Assembly (NCBI GenBank): GCA_963804955.1
Contig: CAWDSQ010000003.1
Coordinates: 1-24,844, forward strand
Length of the DNA stretch: 24,844 nucleotides
Origin: an uncultured delta proteobacterium
Lineage (GTDB): Bacteria > Desulfobacterota > WTBG01 > CAIYCZ01 > CAIRTM01
Reading direction: 5' to 3'
Within the stretch, counting starts at the first letter, position 1; each line of letters begins with the position of its first letter. The translations under genes and the position numbers were made by a program. Below the pieces are notes generated by a model. That model was not told where the DNA came from. It saw nothing but the letters and a program-made list of their open reading frames with translations, and did not search any database. This document shows positions 17,755 to 24,844 of the stretch, one piece after another.

Positions 17755-18687
17755 ATGCTGGAGAAAAAAACCATTATTGCTCTGAGTGTGGGCACAGCCA
17801 TTGTGCTTCTGTATATCCTCAATATGCTCTACTTTTCGCTGCTGCCCGATTATTTTACTGTTGATAAAAAGACCGGTTCGCCGCCGGGTATAGCTTTTAT
17901 CAATACGACGATAAGCCTGATGGACAATGAGCTCACCATCAGCAGCGGCGGCTGGCTGCCCAATGATACGGCCCTGTCGCCCACCTGGCTGCTTGACAAT
18001 AAGCAGAATTTTCAGCTCGGCGTGCTTGAAGTGGTGCGCTACAATACCCGCGTGCTGCGCGACGGCCTGTCGCGCCAGCGCAGCACCGACTCAATCGATG
18101 CCGATTGCGACAAGGCCTTCACCAGCTTCAGCAATGATCCTTTGAAATGGATATTCCCCAGCGCCGAGGGCAAATATCAGGAGGGCATCGATCGCCTTGA
18201 AAACTACCGACTGCATCTTGAATCCGGCAGCGCATATTTTTATCCCCGCAGCGACAATCTCATTCAGCTGCTGGAGCAGTATGCCTCGCTGCTGGGCGGG
18301 GTGAATACGCGCCTGCTGAATGCCTCGCGCACGCGATCGACCACCCCTGACAATGCCTCTGAGACTTCAGGTATGCCCCGGTATACCCGGGTGCCGTGGC
18401 TGAAAATCGACGATAATTTTTACTTTGCCCGCGGCGTGGGTTATGGCTTATATCAGATGTTTAAAGCCGTCCGGGTTGATTTTGCGCAGGTTCTGAAAGA
18501 CAAAAACGCCGATATCATCATAGCTGAAATTATTGCCTCCCTTGAGGAAACCGCCTTTGACCCGCTGGTGGTCACCAATGGGGGCAAAAGCGGCATATTT
18601 GCCAGCCACAGCAGCAACCTGCGCGTTTTTCTGGATGATGCGCGGCAGAAGATCAATTCTCTTGTCAACATCCTTGCTCAGGGCTGA
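17755..18687 (+). CDS. DUF2333 family protein with N-terminal membrane anchor
   Basis: N-terminal TM helix; GGWLPND..P..LLDN..NFQLGVL, WIFPSAEGKY..GI, RSDNL, PWLKIDDNFYFARG, DPLVVTNG...ASHS. Confidence 0.75.
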   Translation: MLEKKTIIALSVGTAIVLLYILNMLYFSLLPDYFTVDKKTGSPPGIAFINTTISLMDNELTISSGGWLPNDTALSPTWLLDNKQNFQLGVLEVVRYNTRVLRDGLSRQRSTDSIDADCDKAFTSFSNDPLKWIFPSAEGKYQEGIDRLENYRLHLESGSAYFYPRSDNLIQLLEQYASLLGGVNTRLLNASRTRSTTPDNASETSGMPRYTRVPWLKIDDNFYFARGVGYGLYQMFKAVRVDFAQVLKDKNADIIIAEIIASLEETAFDPLVVTNGGKSGIFASHSSNLRVFLDDARQKINSLVNILAQG

Positions 18688-18707
18688 CGGCCCGCGAGGC
18701 ATTTCCG

Positions 18708-18737
18708 TTGACACCCGGGCCGTTCTTCGCCTATACT
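18708..18737 (+). promoter_or_regulatory. Near-consensus sigma70 promoter upstream of the MITE and the HK-CoADR gene
   Basis: TTGACA-18 nt-TATACT in GC-rich surroundings. Confidence 0.6.
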
Positions 18738-18750
18738 TTAGCCCTACTTA

Positions 18751-18912
18751 GTGTCTGAACGAAAAGTCATTTTTTTGTTGGATTAAGCCCGAAAGAACCC
18801 GTTGGGTTTCGTACCTCAACCCAACCTTGCGCAAAAAACAAATGCTTACGAAAAAGCACTGTCATAAGGGCGAACCCAACAAATGTATGGTTCGGGGTTT
18901 TCGTTCAGGCAC
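18751..18912. mobile_element. 162-bp MITE-like non-autonomous element
   Basis: 15-bp terminal inverted repeats GTGTCTGAACGAAAA / TTTTCGTTCAGGCAC (1 mismatch). Flanked by the 6-bp direct repeat TACTTA (18745-18750, 18913-18918). No transposase inside. Confidence 0.75.
18801..18827 (-). repeat. REP-like palindrome inside the MITE
   Basis: GTTGGGTT-TCGTACCTC-AACCCAAC forms a perfect 8-bp stem. The minus strand reads AGGTTGGGTTGAGGTACGAAACCCAAC. Confidence 0.55.
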
Positions 18913-18946
18913 TACTTACAACCCCGACGTGTAGCAGCATGCAGCC

Positions 18947-21379
18947 ATGACTGAAAAAAAAGGACATGAAGACCCCCTGCAATTTGCCGCTCTGGTTGCC
19001 CACCAGCTGCGCTCGCCTGTCGGCGCGGCTGCATCGCTGCTCAAAACGATACTGGGCGAGTATGCAGGCCGCCTCAATTCAAAGCAGAAAGATCTGGTAT
19101 CACGGGCGGACAGGCGCATCGAGGAGGCGCTTGATGCCGTAACCAGGATGCTGGCCATTGTGCGGCCGGAAACAAGCGGCGGCGACGGCAACTCCATATG
19201 CGAAGCCGCAGCCGTGGTGCGCCGCGTGCAGCAGCAGCTGACTGAGGAAGCCCGGGCCGCCATATAGCCCTGAGTCTCGATATTCTGATCGAGCCCGCCT
19301 ATATACGCATAGCCGAATCCGGTTTTGCCGAGGTGCTCAATGCCCTGGTGAACAATGCACTGAAATACACCCCCGATAATGGTAAGGTTCGCCTGACACT
19401 CGCTTGCCTCGTGCCAGAATGACTCCATTTGTATTTCCGTGGCTGATTCGGGCATCGGCGTGCCCGATGACCAGCGCGAAAGGATATTCGAGCCCTTCTA
19501 CCGTTCGGCAAGCGCTCAGAACACGACCCTGCCGGGCGTGGGCCTCGGGCTTGCCTTTGTTAAGGCTGTGGTTGATGCCGCCGGCGGCAGAATCTCGGTG
19601 CAGAAGGCCGATCTCGGCGGGGCTGAGTTTTCCATGGTGCTGCCCCGCATTGCCGACGACCAGGTCCCCCGGGAGTCGGAGCTGTTTGACCAGGACCGCA
19701 TGAAGGTGGTCATCATCGGCGGCGTTGCTGCGGGTCCCAAGGTTGCATCAAAGGTCATTCGCCTCCAGCCTGAAACCGCCGTTACCATCATTGAGCGGGG
19801 CGAGTTTCTCTCCTATGCCGGCTGCGGCCTTCCCTACTATGTTTCGGGCATCGTGAAGGACCAGAAGGAGCTCATGAGCACGCCTCTCGGGTGCGTGCGC
19901 GACCCTGTTTTTTTTCAAAATCTGAAAAATGTGAATGTTTTGAACCGAACCGAGGCCCTTGAAATCGACCGCGCGGCCAAGCGCGTGCGCATCAAAAATC
20001 TTATTTCATCCAGGGAAAGCTGGATCAGCTATGACAAGCTTGTGCTGGCTACCGGCGCCACACCCATCATACCGCCTCTGCCCGGCGCGTATTTGAACAA
20101 TATCTATACCCTGCACGGCGTGCGCGATGCCGAAGGCGTGCGCACCCATCTTGCAAGCCGAAAGGCGCGCGATGTAGTTATCGTCGGCGGCGGCCTCATC
20201 GGCGTTGAAATGACTGAAGCGCTGGTGGCCCGCGGCTGCCGCGTGACTATCGTTGAGGCCCTGAATCAGATCATGCGCACCCTTGACTGGGAAATGGCGC
20301 AGCTGCTGGAGCTGCACATGGAGGCAAATGGCGTGCGCGTCATGACCGATACCCGCGTCATGTCATTTGCCGGCTCTGAGTTTGTTGAGGGCGTGGTGAC
20401 CGACAAGGCTACGCTGCCGGCCGATATGGTGATACTCGGGGTGGGCGTAAGCCCCCAGGTGGAGCTTGCCCGCAATGCAGGCCTTGAAATCGGCCCCACG
20501 CAGGCCATCAGGGTCGACAACCGCATGCTCACCTCCGATCCCGACATATTTGCCGCAGGCGACTGCGTGGAAAATATCGACATCATTACCGGGCAGCCCA
20601 TATACGTGCCCATGGGCTCAACGGCCAATAAACAGGGCCGCATTGCGGCCGTCAATATTTGCGGCGGTAACGATACCTTTCCCGGTGTGCTCGGCACCGT
20701 GGTCTGCAAGGTGTTTGAGTACTGTATCGCCCGGACAGGGCTTACCGAGGCCGATGCCCGCGATGCAGGCTTTGATGTGGTGACGGTGCTTACCGGCGCG
20801 TCCGACCGCGAGCATTTTATGCCCAATGCCAAACCACTGATGCTGAAATTGATTGTCGACGCGCCGTCGCGGCGGCTTCTGGGTGTGCAGGCGGCAGGGC
20901 CGGGGCAGGGCGACAAGCGTATCGATGTGGCAACGACCGCTATCACTGCAGGCATGACGGTGGATCAGATCGCCAATCTCGATCTCTGCTATGCTCCGCC
21001 GTATTCCCTTGCTATGGACAATCTCATCACCGGCGCCAATATTGCCAAGAACAAGCTTGACGGCGTTTTTGAGAGCATCAGCCCCATGGAGGTGCATGCC
21101 AAGATGCAGCGCCATGAGGATTTCGTGATGCTGGACGTGAGCTCGCCGCAGGAGTACGAAGAAGTGCGTCTGCCCGGCTCGATGCATATTCCCTCGGGCG
21201 CCCTGCGCTCCCGGCTTTCGGAAATCCCGAAAGACAAAGACATAGTGGCGTTTTGCCGCTTGTCGATCCGCGGCTATGAGGCCGCACTTATTCTTAAGGC
21301 CGCAGGGTTTTCAAGGGTGCGCGTCATGGACGGCGGCATTGTGATGTGGCCCTATGAGAGGGTTCATGGGATGAAGTAA
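18947..21379 (+). CDS. Histidine kinase core (HisKA+HATPase; two compensating frameshifts) fused to a CoA-disulfide reductase/persulfide reductase-like flavoprotein with C-terminal rhodanese
   Basis: H-box AHQLRSP (18947-19264), N-box NALVNNALKYT (other frame, 19261-19419), then G1/F/G2 boxes DSGIG, IFEPF, GVGLGL. These run in frame with MKVVIIGGVAAG (ATG 19700), SYAGCGLPYY (redox Cys), VGGGLIGVE, FAAGD, YAPPY and the rhodanese loop FCRLSIRG. Confidence 0.8.
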
Positions 21380-21410
21380 AAAGGGCAGTCTCCTTGTCTG
21401 TTTTTGGTAT

Positions 21411-21453
21411 AAAAAAAGCCTGTCGTGATTCATGGCAGGCTTTTTGTTTTTTC
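21411..21453. terminator. Rho-independent terminator, probably bidirectional
   Basis: AAAAAAA-GCCTGTCGTGA-T-TCATGGCAGGC-TTTTTGTTTT, about 30 nt after the stop at 21379. Confidence 0.75.
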
Positions 21454-21507
21454 TTTGATGGAGCATTTTTCATTATTTTGTAGCCGCAGTTTATGTGCAG
21501 GGCAGGC

Positions 21508-21588
21508 CCGTTCGTGGTGAGCACGTAGAACCATGAACGGAAAGTCACCTTTCGACCCTTCGCCAAGCTCAGGGCTTAGGGCGAACGT
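21508..21588. repeat. Degenerate palindromic intergenic repeat (CCCTTCGACAAGCTCAGGG type)
   Basis: Hairpin CCGTTCGTGGT...ACCATGAACGG followed by CCCTTCGCCAAGCTCAGGG...GCGAACG. Family resemblance is recalled from memory. Confidence 0.5.
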
Positions 21589-21936
21589 AGAGGGTTTTCA
21601 GAAGAGAGTTTTTTATGAAGGCTACACTATTTAGAAAAATGCTCCGGCACCAGCTGCAAGATGACGACACATGACTTGCACAGGGACATGCCGCAAAGGG
21701 AATCCGTGATGAGCGGCTCAGTAAAAAATTGACAACAGGTCCAATGTTTACTACTAAGAAATACGCATTATCCAGAAGGGAAATGCCGGCTGTGCAGAAA
21801 AGCCCCTATCCTGCATGTGCTCAAAGGAAAAAGTCTGCGTTTTTACAGCCGTTGATTCATCCCCCTGCGAACCATGCTTTCACAGGGTTAAGGGCACTGA
21901 AACAATTGAACAGTAACTGAAAAGGAGGGTTTTAAT

Positions 21937-22629
21937 ATGAAAATCATATTGAGTTTATGTGTTCTCATTGCCGGGCTATGCGTGTTTTCCATGCCTGCTG
22001 CCGCCCATATGCCAAATGTTGAACGCCGGGATTTGACAGAAAAATGGCCTTTTAGAATCAAGGGGACTATAGAAAAGGGTCAGGCCGTTTACGCCTATCT
22101 CAATTCAGGCAGCGATATCGATGTGTACCGGTTTACCGTTCCCCAAAAGGAGATCAGCGAAAAAGGCAGCGTGACCCTGCGCGTCAGGGTGAATGTCCCT
22201 GCCTGTGAGGGTGGGCCGGAATTTTTACCATGGCTGGCCATTGTCGGTCAGGGGCTGCCGGCGCCAACAGAAGATATCCCCTTTACATTGCCTGAAGGCT
22301 ATGGGGCAATTGTCATAAAAAATACGGAGCCGGGAGCGGAAAGAAACTTTTTCTATGAGCAGTACAGTAAAAAGTCCTATTACATTACGGATTACTATGA
22401 CTATACGATAACCGCGCCCGGAACCTGGTATTTATATTACTGGGACCCTTATAACGTTGGCGGCGATTATCTGGCCCTCTGGGGCGTGAAAGATTCTTTT
22501 GATCCCGGGGACGGGCTTAAAATGCTCATCAACCTGCCGGGAATCTTGAGTGACCGCGTTATGCATGCTGAATGCGAATGGATCATCCCGGACAATGCCA
22601 CCGCGGCAGCAAGCAGCTGTCTGAACTAG
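21937..22629 (+). CDS. Secreted hypothetical protein
   Basis: RBS AAGGAGG. Sec signal MKIILSLCVLIAGLCVFSMPAAA followed by HMPN. Tyr/Trp-rich, probably beta-rich body. Confidence 0.8.
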   Translation: MKIILSLCVLIAGLCVFSMPAAAHMPNVERRDLTEKWPFRIKGTIEKGQAVYAYLNSGSDIDVYRFTVPQKEISEKGSVTLRVRVNVPACEGGPEFLPWLAIVGQGLPAPTEDIPFTLPEGYGAIVIKNTEPGAERNFFYEQYSKKSYYITDYYDYTITAPGTWYLYYWDPYNVGGDYLALWGVKDSFDPGDGLKMLINLPGILSDRVMHAECEWIIPDNATAAASSCLN

Positions 22630-22689
22630 CTGTTTTGAGCTTAAGAGTCTTATCTGCTGCAGGAACGCCTGTACTAAAGGTCTTTTTTT

Positions 22690-22722
22690 TAGGTTGGGTT
22701 CATCCGCTCCGGCGGAAAACCC
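22690..22722 (+). repeat. REP-like hairpin related to the one at 18801
   Basis: TAGGTTGGGTT-CATCCGCTCCGGCGGA-AAACCC; it shares AGGTTGGGTT...AAACCC with the MITE-internal copy. Confidence 0.45.
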
Positions 22723-22796
22723 TGTAAATAATATGGTTCAAATTTTTCATTCAGCCGCTTATTAACTGCTGGATGGGAAAAAGATCGGAGCATCTC

Positions 22797-23558
22797 ATGC
22801 TGGAACTGCTCACAAACCCAGAAGCCTGGATAGCGCTCGGAACGTTGACAGCCCTGGAGATTGTACTGGGCATAGACAATATTATTTTTATTTCTATTCT
22901 TGTAGGCCGCCTTCCCGAGAATCAGCGTGCTTTCGCAAGGCGCATGGGGCTCGGGCTGGCCATGATCAGCCGTCTGGCTCTGCTGTTTTCCATTGCCTGG
23001 GTTTTGAAGCTGACCGAGCCGTGGTTTGTAATCTTCAATCAGGAAATTTCAGGCCGCGATATTATTCTTATCGGGGGCGGGCTGTTTCTTCTTGCCAAGG
23101 CGACGCATGAAATACACAACAGCCTGGAAGGCATAGAGGATACGGCCGGCATTGCTGTCGCCGCAAGCATAGGCATGGTGCTGGTGCAGATCACGGTGCT
23201 GGATATTGTTTTTTCGCTGGATTCAGTGATAACGGCTGTCGGCCTTGGCGGGCATTTTGCCGTTATGGCGACAGCCATCATCCTGGCGGTAGGGGTCATG
23301 CTGTTTGCCGCAAAATCCATAGGGGATTTCGTTGATGAGCATCCGACGGTTAAGGTTCTGGCTCTTTCGTTTCTTATTTTAGTGGGCGTCACGCTGATGG
23401 TGGAAGGATTTGATGTGCATGTACCTAAGGGCTATATCTATTTTGCCATGGCGTTTTCAGTGGTCGTGGAGATGCTCAATATCCGCATGCGGAATAAACG
23501 GGCTGAGCCGGTCAGGCTGCACAAGCAGCTGCACGATAGTGAAGAGGGAAAAATTTAA
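22797..23558 (+). CDS. TerC family membrane protein
   Basis: LEIVLGIDNIIFI, LDIVFSLDSVITAVG, HPTVKVLALSFL, VPKGYIYFAMAFS. Start ATG 22797 has RBS GGAG. Confidence 0.92.
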   Translation: MLELLTNPEAWIALGTLTALEIVLGIDNIIFISILVGRLPENQRAFARRMGLGLAMISRLALLFSIAWVLKLTEPWFVIFNQEISGRDIILIGGGLFLLAKATHEIHNSLEGIEDTAGIAVAASIGMVLVQITVLDIVFSLDSVITAVGLGGHFAVMATAIILAVGVMLFAAKSIGDFVDEHPTVKVLALSFLILVGVTLMVEGFDVHVPKGYIYFAMAFSVVVEMLNIRMRNKRAEPVRLHKQLHDSEEGKI

Positions 23559-23656
23559 TCCGGCCAGCCAGATGGCTGACAGTGCCGCCGGGCGATCGCA
23601 ATGATCTCACGGCTGTACTGCGCGGAGCAGAGGATTTTTCAACGACCGCGTCCGTG

Positions 23657-24520
23657 TTATTTGTTTTTCCAGTCATCAAGGTAATAATTTGACAGCACTG
23701 TCTTCAGTTTTCCTGAAGCCCGTAATTCATCAAGGCCCTGCGAAAAAACAGCTGCCTCAGCTTTGCAGTCAGGGCAGAACCCAATATACAGTTTTGCCGG
23801 CTCTTCCGCAATGCCCGCACTTTGTAACTTGCGGGCGCACTTCATGCTGTAAGCTTTGTACGTAACGACATTTCGATCATCGATCAGTGCCTTAATTTTA
23901 CCTTCAAGCAGCATGACCATCAATTCTTTCAGCGGACTCGTGCCGCCGATTTCCACAAGCATGTTTTTTTTTAAAAGCGTATCGCGCAGGTCAAAGGCAT
24001 ACCCCTGGGCAATTCCGACTTTGCCGCCGAGGGCGGCAAGGGATTTATCGGGATTTTCAGGATCAAATTGCCATTTGTTCTCCGTCAGTACAAAGAAGCA
24101 ACTCGTGTTGACGGTGATTTCATTCTGCGGGTATTGAAATTTCTTTTTCCCCGACGGGTCATCTTTTTTTTCTGTTTCTTCCCCTTCTTCTTTATCCATG
24201 CCGATAGCGCCGGACATTTTGCCCTGCAGGGCATCGGACTTTGCCTGTTCCCAGGGCATCATTTTGTAGTCAACTTCGTAACCCTTTTTTTCAAAAATGA
24301 TTTTTGCCAGCTCAATCACATAGCCGGGCTTAGCGGAGCCGGGTTCGCAGTTATACGGGCACCATTCGTCAGCCGCGAGAACAACCTTCTTTTTTACCTG
24401 AGCGGTCTTGTTGTCTTGAGCACAGGCGGTGTTCGGCGGGAGGATGATTGAACAGGCAAAAATGATGACTGCCGCAAGAAACAAGTTTGGTGCCGTGAGA
24501 CAAGAAAACCCTTTTTTCAT
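23657..24520 (-). CDS. Periplasmic substrate-binding protein (family 3 / PBP2-like)
   Basis: Signal-like N-terminus; AADEWCPYNC...GYVIEL, MPWEQA, GIAQGY, LYIGF, GLDELRASGKLKTVLSNY. Confidence 0.8.
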   Translation of the reverse strand: MKKGFSCLTAPNLFLAAVIIFACSIILPPNTACAQDNKTAQVKKKVVLAADEWCPYNCEPGSAKPGYVIELAKIIFEKKGYEVDYKMMPWEQAKSDALQGKMSGAIGMDKEEGEETEKKDDPSGKKKFQYPQNEITVNTSCFFVLTENKWQFDPENPDKSLAALGGKVGIAQGYAFDLRDTLLKKNMLVEIGGTSPLKELMVMLLEGKIKALIDDRNVVTYKAYSMKCARKLQSAGIAEEPAKLYIGFCPDCKAEAAVFSQGLDELRASGKLKTVLSNYYLDDWKNK

Positions 24521-24596
24521 TATCGCGCCTCTATGCTGGTCGGGTTTGAATCGTTATTGTATTTTCGGCATAAAAATGACAAAACATGACCATATT

Positions 24597-24844
24597 TTAG
24601 AACATCTTCACAGAAAGTTCTCCCGAGCAATTGTCAACGGTCACGTCGTAGATATCCCCCACCTCCTGATTGCTGCCGTTAACCAGCACCAGGGCGATGA
24701 TGAGTCTTTTGTTTAAAGCCGCCCTTATAAGTGTTTCTACGCTCGGGGTGCCCCAGTCGATGTCGGTTGCCTTTGAAAAAGAAGAGTTTGCATCTCCCCG
24801 GATGATAAAAGCCTGCAGCTGCATGACAGTATTCATCACCTTGC
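24597..24844 (-). CDS. 3' end of a hypothetical protein running off the window
   Basis: The frame is open to the window edge and ends 76 nt before the SBP start on the same strand. No recognisable motif. Confidence 0.4.
   Translation of the reverse strand, partial: KVMNTVMQLQAFIIRGDANSSFSKATDIDWGTPSVETLIRAALNKRLIIALVLVNGSNQEVGDIYDVTVDNCSGELSVKMF

Noticed and set aside
21600..21930. Riboswitch or sRNA upstream of the secreted protein
   Set aside because: No recognisable aptamer consensus. There is only TTGACA (21729) with a poor -10, and a covariance-model search would be needed.
22630..22796. yybP-ykoY (Mn) riboswitch upstream of TerC
   Set aside because: I could not find the characteristic GGGGAGUA-type core; only a REP-like hairpin is visible.
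1..24844. CRISPR array, tRNA, rRNA, integrase or transposase genes
   Set aside because: No regularly spaced repeats, structural RNA signatures or recombinase motifs were seen.

Overview
Bacterial DNA; the gene content suggests an anaerobe such as a deltaproteobacterium/Desulfobacterota (inference). Between a U32/RlhA-like gene (30-1862) and a convergent mutL operon lies a co-oriented ~11.6 kb accessory locus that looks like an uncharacterised radical-SAM RiPP system. It encodes an HprK-related P-loop kinase, two paralogous rSAM/SPASM enzymes, a PqqD/RRE, an S24/S26 peptidase-GNAT fusion, an ABC exporter, a nucleotidyltransferase-family protein and an orphan Wzc-type BY-kinase. The 1.4 kb gap at 4167-5561 holds two homologous precursor-like genes. 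They share the leader W-Q-[KR]-P-E-L-[VI]-V-L-V-R-[NS]-K-P-E...C-K and the tail C-S-x4-[ST]-stop; one is frameshifted and missing from the ORF track. The right half has mutL, a Kdo/WaaP-type kinase, a frameshifted LhgO-like oxidoreductase, DUF2333, a 162-bp MITE, a doubly frameshifted histidine kinase-CoA-disulfide reductase-rhodanese fusion, REP-like repeats, a secreted hypothetical protein, TerC and a substrate-binding protein. Several single-base frameshifts could be sequencing errors or real decay. All family calls come from motif recognition; no database search was run.
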